64,000 nt of DNA from Bacillota bacterium (GCA_017459895.1 JAFUCA010000003.1:25020-89019); one strand, 5' to 3'; counted from the stretch's first letter, positions 19,364-29,104 are shown. Numbers and translations: made by a program. The notes: a model not told the origin generated them from the letters alone.

Positions 19364-19950
19364 ACTACCTGTACCTCATCCAGCGTTTTCTTCAGTGCGT
19401 TCATGTTGCCCTCGATGACCTCCGGCTTGGAGCGGAATTTATGCTCGAAGGACTGGCGCATATCTCTGGTAAACTGCTCCTCATCCAGCACGCCGCTGGC
19501 CTTGACGACCGCCGCCAGCATCGGCGTGTTCGGGAAATTCCTGCCCAGCGTCTCGGTGGAAATTCGCTCCGCGTCGACGATGCACAGTTTCCCCTCGTAT
19601 CCGCCCAGCATTTCCCGGATCTTCTCCGGCGAATGCTTGCTGTTGATGATCAGGATCCCGCCTTCCTTCAGTCCGTGGAGCACATCCACCGTGTGCAGCA
19701 GCGTCTCGTCGACCACCACCACATGATCCGGAGTATAGATGTTCGAATGGACCGTCAGCTTCTCATCGGAGATCCGGTTGTAGGCCGTGATGGGCGCGCC
19801 CATCCGCTCCGGACCGTATTCCGGGAATCCCTGAACGTACTTCCCCGCGAAAAACGCCGCCTCCGCCAGAAGCAGGCAGGCGGTCTTGGCGCCCTGTCCC
19901 CCTCTGCCGTGCCAGCGTATTTCGACTGTCTGACCTGTGTTGCTCTTCAT
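19360..19950 (-). CDS. porC: 2-oxoacid:ferredoxin oxidoreductase gamma subunit
   Basis: EIRWHGRGGQGAKT, FPEYGPERMGAP; start at ATG 19950 after an AGGAG SD. Confidence 0.92.
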   Translation of the reverse strand: MKSNTGQTVEIRWHGRGGQGAKTACLLLAEAAFFAGKYVQGFPEYGPERMGAPITAYNRISDEKLTVHSNIYTPDHVVVVDETLLHTVDVLHGLKEGGILIINSKHSPEKIREMLGGYEGKLCIVDAERISTETLGRNFPNTPMLAAVVKASGVLDEEQFTRDMRQSFEHKFRSKPEVIEGNMNALKKTLDEVQVV

Positions 19951-20015
19951 TTGTCGGATTCTCTCCTGTCTGTACCTCAATAAACCCGCGCAAAAGCGCG
20001 AAAAACTACCCTTAT

Positions 20016-20044
20016 AGCTTAACGCAGCCCGTCTGCAATGTCAA
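20016..20044 (-). promoter_or_regulatory. SigA promoter of the por-ior-paaK operon
   Basis: TTGACA-17bp-TAAGCT. Confidence 0.65.
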
Positions 20045-20127
20045 TATTGGATTGTGCCCGAACCACAATTATTTCCGAATTTATTTGTGCCGCCGCACTA
20101 CCGCTCATCTGTCGGAGTCCTCCGCCT

Positions 20128-21312
20128 CTAGGCCGGGAAGATATCCACCACCTCATCGGAAGCCACCGCCGCTTCGATCAGCGCTTCGCAGTCCAGCTTC
20201 CCTTCGGATGCCAGGATCCGCTCCAGTTTCGGCTTCGTCACCGGATGTTTCGGCAGAAACACGGTGCAGCAGTCCTCGTAGGGCTCGATGGATTTCTCAT
20301 AGGTTCCGATGTCCTTCGCCAGATCCATGATGTCCACCTTGTCCAGTCCGATGAGGGGACGCATGACCGGCATGGATACCGAGGCGTCGGTCACCACCAG
20401 CGCCTCCGCCGTCTGACTGGCCACCTGTCCCAGGTTCTCTCCGGTGATCAGCATACCGCAGCCGGTCTCTTTCGCCAGCCGCTCGGCGATCCGCATCATG
20501 AACCGGCGCACCAGGATCGTGGTCTCCTCCTCCGGGCAGTTCTGGACAATCTGCTCCTGGATCGGCAGCAGGTTGATCACGTGCATCCGGAACCGTCCGC
20601 AGTAGGTGGCAACCAGAGACGCCAGTTCCTCCACCTTCTCCCTGGCCCGCTCACTGGTGTAGGGGTAGGAATGAAAATGCACAGCTTCGATCAGCATGCC
20701 TCTCTTGGCCATCATCCAGGTGGCCACCGGCGAGTCGATGCCCCCCGACAGCAGGCTCATTCCCTTGCCGTTGGTGCCCAGCGGCAGCCCTCCGAACCCC
20801 GGGATCTTGTCCTGGTAAATATAGGTCTGATCGTGGCGCACATCCACGAACAGCCGGCAGTCCGGATCGTGGACGTCGACTTTCAGGACCTTGCAGCCTT
20901 TGAGCACCGCCGCGCCGATCCTGCGGCCGATCTCCGGCGACTTCACCGGGAAATTCTTGTCCGCCCGCTTGGCCTCGACCTTGAAGGTCTTTACGCCCCG
21001 CTCCTCAATGGCCTCCAGCATATACTTCACCGCGGCCTCGCCGATGGCTTCCATGGTGCTGTCGCATTCCACCGCCGGGCTGATGGACGCCACGCCGAAG
21101 ACCTTGGAGATCTCACGGATGACGGCCTGCTTATCCAGGCTTTTGTCCGCCCGTACGAAGATCAGTCCTTCGTGACGGTACACGCTGACGCCGCTGAATT
21201 TCTTCAGGAGCTTGCGGATCCGCTCCGCCAGCATCCGCTCGAAGTAGGGCTTGTTCATTCCCTTCAGCGCGACCTCGCCGCACCGGACGATAAAAATATG
21301 TTCCTCATTCAT
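20128..21312 (-). CDS. thiI: tRNA 4-thiouridine synthase (THUMP + PP-loop, no rhodanese domain)
   Basis: GEVALKG, GGLPLGTNG, LLSGGIDSPV, TGENLGQVASQT, PYEDCC. Confidence 0.96.
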   Translation of the reverse strand: MNEEHIFIVRCGEVALKGMNKPYFERMLAERIRKLLKKFSGVSVYRHEGLIFVRADKSLDKQAVIREISKVFGVASISPAVECDSTMEAIGEAAVKYMLEAIEERGVKTFKVEAKRADKNFPVKSPEIGRRIGAAVLKGCKVLKVDVHDPDCRLFVDVRHDQTYIYQDKIPGFGGLPLGTNGKGMSLLSGGIDSPVATWMMAKRGMLIEAVHFHSYPYTSERAREKVEELASLVATYCGRFRMHVINLLPIQEQIVQNCPEEETTILVRRFMMRIAERLAKETGCGMLITGENLGQVASQTAEALVVTDASVSMPVMRPLIGLDKVDIMDLAKDIGTYEKSIEPYEDCCTVFLPKHPVTKPKLERILASEGKLDCEALIEAAVASDEVVDIFPA

Positions 21313-21345
21313 GTGTCGGTTTCTCCCATGCTCTGTTCTATGATC

Positions 21346-22509
21346 CTATCGAAAGCTTCCCAGTCTGCGGAACCGCTGCACCACCGCCGCGGTCTTCTCT
21401 ACGGTCTCTTCGATCTCTTCCTTCGTATTGTATCCGCTCAGGCTGAAGCGGATGGCCCCCTCGATCTCCCGCTCGGACCGACCCATCGCCTGCAGCACGT
21501 GGCTTCTGCCTTTTTTGTTCGAGGAGCAGGCGGAGCCGGTGGATACGCAGATGCCTTCCTGCTCCAGAGAGTGCAGCAGCACCTCGCCGCGGGTTCCGAG
21601 AAATGAAACGTTCAGGAGGCTCCCGCAGCAGTCTCCCGCCTCTTCCCCCGCCGCCTGCGGACTGTTCAGCAGGATGTCCGGAATCTCCTCCCGCAGTCCC
21701 TCCAGCAGCCGGTTTCTCAGAGCAGCGATGTTCTCCATCCGTTCCTTCCGGTCGTTCATGCAAAGGCTGCAGGCAAGCCCCAGTCCCGCGATGGCGGGGA
21801 CATTCTCCGTTCCGGACCGAAAGCCCTTTTCCTGGCCTCCTCCGTGAATGTATGCGGGGATCTGCAGTCCCTTTCGCATCAGCAGCGCGCCGCTGCCCTT
21901 GGGTCCGTGGATCTTATGTCCGCTGATGCTGATCAGATCCGCCTTCTGCGGCAGCGGGATCTTGCCGAAGCTCTGCACGGCATCGCAGTGCAGCAGCGCC
22001 GGTGCCTGCCTATCCTCGATGATCTGTGCCAGCGCATCGATGGGAAAGATGGTGCCAACTTCATTGTTCACCTGCATCATGGTGACCAGGATCGTCTGAT
22101 CATTGATGGCTGCTTCCGTCGCCGCCAGGTCCGGCCGTCCCTGATCATCCACACCGACGCGGATCACTTCGAATCCTTCCTGTTCCAATGCGGCGCAGCT
22201 TTCGAGAACCGCCGGGTGCTCCACGGCGGAGGTCACGATTCGGCTGCCCCTGCGCCGTCCAGCCTTTGCGGCTCCGAAGATCGCCATGTTGTCTGCCTCG
22301 GTTCCTCCGGAGGTGAACACGATCTGGGCGCCGGGAAAACCTGCGGCTTCGGAGACTTCTCTTCGCGCCTGCTTTACCATCCGCTCGGCCTCCAGTCCCA
22401 TCCGGTGCAGGGACGAAGGATTGCCGTAAGTTTCTTCCATGCAGGTGATCATCCGCTCGGTCACGAGGGCATGCTGTTTCGTTGTAGCGCTGTTATCCAG
22501 GTAAATCAT
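21346..22509 (-). CDS. iscS: Cysteine desulfurase (NifZ/IscS-like sulfur donor for ThiI)
   Basis: IYLDNSATT, FTSGGTE, SGHKIHGPKG, RSGTEN, STGSACSS; adjacent to thiI. Confidence 0.92.
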   Translation of the reverse strand: MIYLDNSATTKQHALVTERMITCMEETYGNPSSLHRMGLEAERMVKQARREVSEAAGFPGAQIVFTSGGTEADNMAIFGAAKAGRRRGSRIVTSAVEHPAVLESCAALEQEGFEVIRVGVDDQGRPDLAATEAAINDQTILVTMMQVNNEVGTIFPIDALAQIIEDRQAPALLHCDAVQSFGKIPLPQKADLISISGHKIHGPKGSGALLMRKGLQIPAYIHGGGQEKGFRSGTENVPAIAGLGLACSLCMNDRKERMENIAALRNRLLEGLREEIPDILLNSPQAAGEEAGDCCGSLLNVSFLGTRGEVLLHSLEQEGICVSTGSACSSNKKGRSHVLQAMGRSEREIEGAIRFSLSGYNTKEEIEETVEKTAAVVQRFRRLGSFR

Positions 22510-22527
22510 ATTTCCCCTTACACTTCA

Positions 22528-22560
22528 GAAAAACCGCACGCGCTGCGCGATACGGTTTTT
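22528..22560 (-). terminator. Probable terminator after rny
   Basis: AAAAACCG...CGGTTTTT inverted repeat. Confidence 0.5.
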
Positions 22561-22599
22561 GCTGTTTCTTTATTGCTTCGTCTTGTTTCGGTCCTCCGG

Positions 22600-24141
22600 C
22601 TATTTCGCGTAATCGATCGCTCTGGTCTCCCGGACAACGTTGACCTTGATCTGTCCCGGGTACTCCAGTTCGGATTCGATCTTCTTCGAAATATCCCTTG
22701 CCAGCAGTGCGATGGCCTCATCGCCCACCTCATCCGGCTTAGCGATGATCCGAATCTCCCGTCCTGCCTGGATGGCGTAGGATGTTTCGACGCCGGCGGT
22801 GGTATTGGCGATCTCCTCCAGCTTCTGAAGACGCTTGATATAGGATTCCAGCGTCTCGCGTCTGGCCCCCGGTCTGGCCGCGGAAAGCGCGTCCGCCGCC
22901 GCGATCAGGACCGCCTCGATGGACTTCGGCTCGTAGTCGCCGTGGTGTGCCGCCATGCCGTTGATGACCGCTTCGGATTCCTTGTATTTCTTCAGGACCT
23001 CCATGCCGATGTCAACGTGGGTGCCCTCCCGCTCGTGGTCGAGGGCCTTGCCGATGTCATGCAGCAGTCCGGCCCGCTTGGCCAGCGTCACGTCCAGTCC
23101 CAGCTCGCCTGCCATCAGACCCGCCAGCAGGGCAACCTCGATGGAGTGCTTGAGCACGTTCTGCCCGTAGGAGGTTCTGTACTTCAGGCGGCCCAGCAGC
23201 TTGACCAGTTCCGGATGCAGGTTGTGGATCCCCACCTCGAAGGTGGCCTGCTCGCCCTCTTCCTTGATGATGGCGTTGACTTCCCGCTCGGATTTGTGAA
23301 CCATCTCTTCGATTCTGGCCGGATGGATCCGTCCGTCGACGATCAGCTTCTCCAGCGCGAGCCGGGCCACTTCTCTTCTGACCGGATCGAAGCCGGACAG
23401 AATGACCGCTTCCGGCGTGTCATCGATGATCAGATCGATGCCGGTGGCGTTCTCGATGGCGCGGATGTTCCTGCCTTCTCGGCCGATGATCCGGCCCTTC
23501 ATCTCATCACTGGGCAGCGGCACCACGGAAACCGTGGATTCCGCCACGTGATCCGCAGCGCACCGCTGGATCGCTCCGGTGATGATCTCCTTCGCCTTCT
23601 TGTCGGCGTTTTCTTTGGCTTTGTTTTCGATTTCTTTGTAGAGCAGGGCGGCGTCGCTTCTGGCCTCTTTCTCGACCTTCTCCAGGATAATCTCTCTGGC
23701 CTGATCGATGGTGTAGCCGGAGATCTTCTCCAGCTCCTCCAGCTGCTGCTTCAGCGCGCGGTCCATTTCCTGCTGCTTACGGGTGATATTTTTTTCCTGT
23801 TTTGTGATGTTTTCTTCTTTTTTCTCAATATTTTCAAGCTTCCTGTCGATGGACTCTTCCTTCTGGATGAGTCTTCGCTCAGATTTCTGTATTTCGTTTC
23901 TCCGTTCGCGGATCTCCTTCTCCGCTTCGTTTCTCTGTCTGTGGGCCTCCTCCTTGGCCTCCAGGACCAGTTCCTTCCGGATGGTTTCTGCTCGGTTCTC
24001 GGCATCCAGGATCATGTTCCTGGCCTTGGTCTCGGCGTTGCCGATGGTCTTCTCGCCGATGGATTTTCGCAATATATAGCCTACCAGTATTCCTATGGCA
24101 AGCGCAATCACTCCGATAATGATCGGAAGTATTACCGTCAT
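22600..24141 (-). CDS. rny: Ribonuclease Y
   Basis: N-terminal TM, coiled coil, KH motif ([13 protein letters not shown]), HD motif (LLHDIGK); start MTVILP after AAGGAGG. Confidence 0.97.
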   Translation of the reverse strand: MTVILPIIIGVIALAIGILVGYILRKSIGEKTIGNAETKARNMILDAENRAETIRKELVLEAKEEAHRQRNEAEKEIRERRNEIQKSERRLIQKEESIDRKLENIEKKEENITKQEKNITRKQQEMDRALKQQLEELEKISGYTIDQAREIILEKVEKEARSDAALLYKEIENKAKENADKKAKEIITGAIQRCAADHVAESTVSVVPLPSDEMKGRIIGREGRNIRAIENATGIDLIIDDTPEAVILSGFDPVRREVARLALEKLIVDGRIHPARIEEMVHKSEREVNAIIKEEGEQATFEVGIHNLHPELVKLLGRLKYRTSYGQNVLKHSIEVALLAGLMAGELGLDVTLAKRAGLLHDIGKALDHEREGTHVDIGMEVLKKYKESEAVINGMAAHHGDYEPKSIEAVLIAAADALSAARPGARRETLESYIKRLQKLEEIANTTAGVETSYAIQAGREIRIIAKPDEVGDEAIALLARDISKKIESELEYPGQIKVNVVRETRAIDYAK

Positions 24142-24267
24142 ACTGTCTTCCTCCTTCTGATTCAATTGTCAAGTTTCAATTCTATTTCGATTTGATATTT
24201 TCGCTCAAAATACCAAGAGTATTACTTAAAAAGTAATATATATAAAAAGTTAAAAACATACGTAGTT

Positions 24268-24296
24268 ATTATATGCTGTTTTATGGTTCAAGTCAA
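24268..24296 (-). promoter_or_regulatory. SigA promoter of rny
   Basis: TTGACT-17bp-TATAAT. Confidence 0.75.
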
Positions 24297-24364
24297 CGAA
24301 TCCATGCCATTCTGCACAAAAAAGGAGCGCTGCATCTGCGCGCGCTCCCTGTGAATCGCTTCAA

Positions 24365-25105
24365 TCAATACGCCGGAAACGGCTGATCCGTCAGAATCCG
24401 TCCGGCAATCTGGCGGAAATTCTCTTCGATGGGTGTCCCTTCGGTGCATACGATCGGCACCCCCCGGCCGGTGGAAATCCGGATCCTTCGATCCATTTCG
24501 ATCATTCCGGCAATCGGCGTGGCGCTGCTGTTAATCATGCTCTGGATGTCCGGGATCACCCCTGCGGTGATGAGCTCGTTATCGATCTTATTCACCACCA
24601 GATAGGAATTGCGAAGCCCGTGGTCGGACAGGAAATTTACCAGTGTGTCCGCATCCCTTAGGGAAGCCACCTCCGGCTCCGTGACGACTATTGCGCACTG
24701 AGCGGCGGGTATGCTGGCCTCCAAAGGCTGGCCGATCCCTGCGCCGCAGTCGATGATCACATAGTCAAAATACTTCTTCAGAATATCGCACAGCGCGCTC
24801 ATGTGCTTCGACGTGATCTGCCGGTCGTCCTTGCGGGGGGATGCTGCCATGAAATACAGTGAATCAAATCCGTTCACCTTCAGGAGCGCCTTGCTCAGAC
24901 GGCACATTCCGGACATGGCGTCCGCGATGTTAAAGACCACCCGGTTCTCCATTCCGAGATACAGATCCATATTCCGCATCCCGAGGTCCATATCGATCAG
25001 CGCGACCCGTTTGCCGCATCTGGCCAGGAGCGCACCTAAATTAACGGCAAACATCGTTTTGCCGGTACCGCCCTTTCCTGATGCAACTAAAAAAACTTTG
25101 TCCAT
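24365..25105 (-). CDS. minD: MinD-family ATPase
   Basis: SGKGGTGKT deviant Walker A, DMDLGMRNMDLYLGMENRVVF, IIDCGAG, VTEPEVASLRDAD. Confidence 0.82.
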   Translation of the reverse strand: MDKVFLVASGKGGTGKTMFAVNLGALLARCGKRVALIDMDLGMRNMDLYLGMENRVVFNIADAMSGMCRLSKALLKVNGFDSLYFMAASPRKDDRQITSKHMSALCDILKKYFDYVIIDCGAGIGQPLEASIPAAQCAIVVTEPEVASLRDADTLVNFLSDHGLRNSYLVVNKIDNELITAGVIPDIQSMINSSATPIAGMIEMDRRIRISTGRGVPIVCTEGTPIEENFRQIAGRILTDQPFPAY

Positions 25106-25221
25106 TGGATCGCAAAACCCCTCCTGCGAAATATCATGCCTATTTATTTTGCCCAAAAAAAACCGTCCCGTCAAGTAGAAACCTTCCGCAGCGGCAAAGT
25201 TGTAAAAGTTCAGAATTGTTT

Positions 25222-25899
25222 TCACATCAGTCCGATGCCCCGCATGCTCACGTATTCTCCGTCTCCGATGACGATATGATCCAGCACCGGGATACCCAGA
25301 ATGCTCCCCGCCTCCATCAGCCGCCGGGTGGTCGCCACGTCCTCCTCGCTGGGCGTCGCATCCCCGCTGGGATGGTTGTGCAGGAACAGGACACAGCCGG
25401 CGCTGCGGCGGATCGCGTCGGTAAACACTTCCCTCGGATTCGCCGAAGTCGAACTGATATCACCGACGGAGATTTCCTTTTCTTCTATGATTCCACCTCT
25501 GCTGTTGATCATCAGACAGATGAAGTGCTCCTTCTTATAATGCCGCATGGAATGCATGTAGCGCCGGGCGATCTCATCCGAATTCGTCGCATCCTCCCGC
25601 TGCGGCCCCGGAGCCGCAGCGATCCTCCGCCCCAGCTCCACCGCGGCGAGCACGCTGCAGATCTTCGCATCTCCCAGGCCGTCGATCCGTCCCAGTTCCT
25701 CGGGACTGGCTTCTGCCAGGGACCGGATGCCGCCCCCGTCCATGGACAGGATCTCCCCGGCAAGATCCATGGCGGATTTCGAAGCGGTTCCCGTATGGAG
25801 CAGGATCGCCAGAAGCTCCGCGTTGCTCAGAGTGTCCTTCCCGTCTCTCAATAGTTTTTCTCTGGGTTTTTCCCAGATCGGCAGTTCGTTCAGTTTCAT
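25222..25899 (-). CDS. radC: RadC / JAB-domain protein
   Basis: EKPREKLL, LSNAELLAILL, HhH, HNHPSGDATPSEED, LDHIVIG. Confidence 0.95.
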   Translation of the reverse strand: MKLNELPIWEKPREKLLRDGKDTLSNAELLAILLHTGTASKSAMDLAGEILSMDGGGIRSLAEASPEELGRIDGLGDAKICSVLAAVELGRRIAAAPGPQREDATNSDEIARRYMHSMRHYKKEHFICLMINSRGGIIEEKEISVGDISSTSANPREVFTDAIRRSAGCVLFLHNHPSGDATPSEEDVATTRRLMEAGSILGIPVLDHIVIGDGEYVSMRGIGLM

Positions 25900-25917
25900 T
25901 TCAGATCTCCTCTCCCA

Positions 25918-26112
25918 TTGACAATATTGAATGTACCGTACTGCAAAGTGTCACGCAGCTTCGTATTTTCATTCACCCTGTGACAATCCGTTTTTCGTTT
26001 TGTCACGCAGGACAACGTTTTTGAAGTCACCGTGACAATTTGCTCTGCAAAAGTCGGACTGGCTTGTCAGGATTGTCACGCGCCTCTGCATTTTGGCCCT
26101 TCTCGTGACAAT
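25918..26112. repeat. Phased array of three 37-bp inverted-repeat units TGTCACGC-N9-TTTT-N9-YGTGACA(AT) plus one extra half-site
   Basis: Units start at 25949, 26001 and 26074; extra TTGACAAT at 25918; half-site gaps 31,31,21,31,42,31 bp. Confidence 0.85.
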
Positions 26113-26164
26113 GCCAGTTTTCATACATCGATTGACACACCCTCCTCTCGCCCCTTTCTTTATT

Positions 26165-26193
26165 AATATACCATATATTGCCATTTATTGCAA
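26165..26193 (-). promoter_or_regulatory. SigA promoter upstream of the radC leader
   Basis: TTGCAA-17bp-TATATT with TG extension. Confidence 0.65.
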
Positions 26194-26194
26194 T

Positions 26195-26233
26195 AAAAAA
26201 CTGCTACCCGGCATCCTGTGCCGTCAGCAGCAG
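26195..26233 (-). terminator. Intrinsic terminator after cmk
   Basis: CTGCTG(A)CGGCA-loop-TGCCGGGTAGCAG followed by TTTTTT. Confidence 0.65.
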
Positions 26234-26263
26234 TCCATTGTCAAATTCAGCGTCGCAGCCGGA

Positions 26264-26917
26264 TCAGCCCCGAACGATCTCCAGCACCTTCTGCACGACC
26301 TGATCGATATCCAGGCCCGTGCTGTCCAGCTCGATCGCGTCCTCCGCCTTGCGCAGCGGGTTGAGCTCCCTCGTCATGTCATTGTGGTCTCTCTGTTTGA
26401 TATCCGCCAGCACATCTTCAAAGCTCTGGTCCTCCCCCTTCTCCTGCAGTTCCAGAAAACGGCGGCGGGCCCGCTCCTCCGCGGAGGCCGTCAGGTAGAT
26501 CTTGAATATCGCGTCCTTCAGTACATTGGTCCCGATGTCCCGGCCATCCATGATCACGCTCTTTCGCGTGCCCATCTCCCGCTGCAGCTGCACCAGCTTT
26601 TCCCGGACCGCCGGGATCTGAGAACAAACGGATGCCATCATGGACATCTCCGGTGTGCGGATCTGGGAGCTGACGTTTTCACCGTCCAGGAAGACCTCCC
26701 CCTGCCGCAGATCGATCTGAGTGTCTGCCAGCATATCCTGCACCGCAGCCATATCCGAAGGGTCAACCCCCTGAAGTTTCACCTTGTATCCGATCGCCCG
26801 GTACATGGCTCCGGTATCAATGTAATCGATGCCCAGCTCCCTGGCGACCGCTTTGGCGATGGTGCTCTTGCCGGCCCCGCTGGGTCCGTCGATCGCCACC
26901 TGATAGATTTCGCTCAT
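26264..26917 (-). CDS. cmk: Cytidylate kinase
   Basis: AIDGPSGAGKST, DTGAMYRA, MDGRDIGT. Confidence 0.97.
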   Translation of the reverse strand: MSEIYQVAIDGPSGAGKSTIAKAVARELGIDYIDTGAMYRAIGYKVKLQGVDPSDMAAVQDMLADTQIDLRQGEVFLDGENVSSQIRTPEMSMMASVCSQIPAVREKLVQLQREMGTRKSVIMDGRDIGTNVLKDAIFKIYLTASAEERARRRFLELQEKGEDQSFEDVLADIKQRDHNDMTRELNPLRKAEDAIELDSTGLDIDQVVQKVLEIVRG

Positions 26918-26940
26918 TTCATGTCCTCCTGTTCCGTACT

Positions 26941-27405
26941 CTAGCGCTCTTTCTTGCTGGTCAGGAGCTTCTCAACCTCCTGAACGAAGGTGTTGATATC
27001 CGTAAACTGGCGATAGACCGAGGCAAACCGGACATAGGCGACCTCGTCCAGATCCCTCAGCCGTTCCATCACAAGTTCTCCGATGAAGGTGCTCTCGACT
27101 TCCTTCTCCATCATATTGTTCAGACCGCGCTCGATGTCGTTTACGATCTTCTCGATGTCATCCACACTGACCGGGCGCTTCTCACAGGCCCGGATGATCC
27201 CGTTCATCAGCTTGTTCCGGTCGAAGGCCTGACGGCTGCCATCTTTCTTGACGACCATGAGGATCATTTCCTCGACCTTCTCATAAGTGGTGAACCGGCG
27301 GCCGCAGGCCTCGCACTCCCGCCTTCTTCGGATCGCCTTGCCATCTTCGGTATGTCTGGAATCGATCACCTTGCTGTCTTCGTTTTCGCAATACGGACAC
27401 TTCAT
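26941..27405 (-). CDS. nrdR: Transcriptional repressor NrdR
   Basis: MKCPYC...[24 protein letters not shown] cone, [10 protein letters not shown]. Confidence 0.98.
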   Translation of the reverse strand: MKCPYCENEDSKVIDSRHTEDGKAIRRRRECEACGRRFTTYEKVEEMILMVVKKDGSRQAFDRNKLMNGIIRACEKRPVSVDDIEKIVNDIERGLNNMMEKEVESTFIGELVMERLRDLDEVAYVRFASVYRQFTDINTFVQEVEKLLTSKKER

Positions 27406-27571
27406 CGGTTTTCCCCTCTCCGCACTTCAGTAACTGTGCACAACAACCACAATGATTTCCTGAAACTTATACCTATTGTACTATATCTTGTGTTTTTTGC
27501 CAAGCACAAGAAAAGAGCTGGCGCATTAAGCGACAGCCCCTTCATTATCTTTGTCAAACTATCTCCTCCGC

Positions 27572-29062
27572 TTATCTCACGTGGAAGTTCAGATTCTCCT
27601 GATACTCGCCGGAATCCAGTCTCCGGAAGAAGTCCTTGGTCTCCATGGCGATGACGCCGCTGAGAACCACCAGAGCGATCAGGTTCGGTGCAGCCATCAG
27701 TCCGTTGAAGATGTCCGCGATGGTCCATACCTGGCTCAGGGTCAGGAACGGTCCGATCAGAACCGCCAGGATGTAGATCCAGCGATAGACCTGGATCGCA
27801 GCCTTGTTGCCATTGGTCAGATAATCGAAGCAGCGCTCCGCGTAGTAGTCCCAGCCGAGGATCGTGGTGAAGGCGAAGAATGCCAGCGCCGCCATGACGA
27901 CGAAGGCTCCGGCGGAATGCGACCAGGGCAGGCCCATGCCGAAGGCCAGCTGTGTCAGCGCAGCTCCATCGTAGACAGGATCCGCACCCTCCAGGATGCC
28001 GGCCGCGATGTTCGCCTGATTCGCGGTCTCATAAGCTCCGGATACCATCAGCGTCAGACCGGTCATGGTGCAGATGCAGATGGTGTCGATGAAGGTACCG
28101 GTCATGGTGACCAGACCCTGACGGACGCACTCATTGGTCTGCGCAGCAGCAGCCGCGATCGGAGCCGAGCCGAGGCCCGCCTCGTTGGAGAAGATGCCTC
28201 TGGCAACGCCCTTCTGCAGAGCGATGAACATGGTACCGACCACGCCGCCGGTGACCGCGGACGGGCTGAACGCCGCAACGACGATCTGTCCGATCGCGTG
28301 CGGAATGTCCGCGATGTGATAGAAGATGATGCACAGACATACGATGACATAAGCGATCGCCATGAACGGAACGACGACGGTCGTTACGGACGCGATTCTC
28401 TTGATGCCGCCGATGATGACCAGCGCCGCAAGGCCTGCGACAACGATCGCCGTGATTACGACAGAAACGGAGTAGCTTCCGCCGAACAGGCCGACCATAT
28501 GGGCGTCGTTCGGGTCAAAGAAGGAATGCGCCGCATTGGCGATACCGTTGACCTGGGTGATGGTTCCGATACCCAGTGCTCCGGCCAGGCATCCGAACAG
28601 GGCGAACAGCTTGCCCAGCCACTTCCAGTTGTGACCGGTTCTTTCTTTCATGCCCTTTTCGATATAATAGAACGGGCCGCCCAGGAAGGTTCCGTCTTCC
28701 TTCTGGACTCTGTACTTGATAGCCAGCAGACCTTCCGCGTACTTGGTCGCCATTCCGAAGCAGGCTGCGATGATCATCCAGAACAGAGCGCCCGGACCGC
28801 CGGCGACGACCGCTGTCGCAACACCGACGATGTTTCCTGTACCGATGGTCGCCGACAGCGCCGTTGCCAGCGCGCCGAAACTGGTGACCTCACCGGTACC
28901 GCCTTCTTCGTTGTGTACCATGTACTTCAGGGCTTTGCCCAGCTTCCTGAACTGTAATACCTTCAGTCTGCAGGTAAGCAGAATGCCGGCACCCATGATC
29001 AGGACAATCAACGGAATTCCCCATACGATTCCGTCTACTGTGTCTAGGAATTGTGTGATCAT
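27572..29062 (-). CDS. alsT: Sodium:alanine/glycine symporter (AGCS family)
   Basis: ATIGTGNIVGVA, GGPGALFWM, RGIFSNEAGLGSAP, FAFTTILGW. Confidence 0.94.
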   Translation of the reverse strand: MITQFLDTVDGIVWGIPLIVLIMGAGILLTCRLKVLQFRKLGKALKYMVHNEEGGTGEVTSFGALATALSATIGTGNIVGVATAVVAGGPGALFWMIIAACFGMATKYAEGLLAIKYRVQKEDGTFLGGPFYYIEKGMKERTGHNWKWLGKLFALFGCLAGALGIGTITQVNGIANAAHSFFDPNDAHMVGLFGGSYSVSVVITAIVVAGLAALVIIGGIKRIASVTTVVVPFMAIAYVIVCLCIIFYHIADIPHAIGQIVVAAFSPSAVTGGVVGTMFIALQKGVARGIFSNEAGLGSAPIAAAAAQTNECVRQGLVTMTGTFIDTICICTMTGLTLMVSGAYETANQANIAAGILEGADPVYDGAALTQLAFGMGLPWSHSAGAFVVMAALAFFAFTTILGWDYYAERCFDYLTNGNKAAIQVYRWIYILAVLIGPFLTLSQVWTIADIFNGLMAAPNLIALVVLSGVIAMETKDFFRRLDSGEYQENLNFHVR

Positions 29063-29104
29063 TTTGGATTTCTCCTTCTCCTAAAAAATAAAAATAATGA
29101 AAAT

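Noticed and set aside
25222-25899. radC as a marker of a mobile element
   Set aside because: Full-length chromosomal form with N-terminal HhH in housekeeping context; no integrase or att sites seen
25918-26112. Array as a mini-CRISPR or as E. coli-type matS sites
   Set aside because: No identical direct repeats or cas genes; the GTGAC/GTCAC half-sites resemble matS but the spacing differs, and MatP is not expected in Firmicutes
25969-26184. 71-aa ORF spanning the array
   Set aside because: Its start lies inside the predicted promoter spacer, and it has no recognisable protein features
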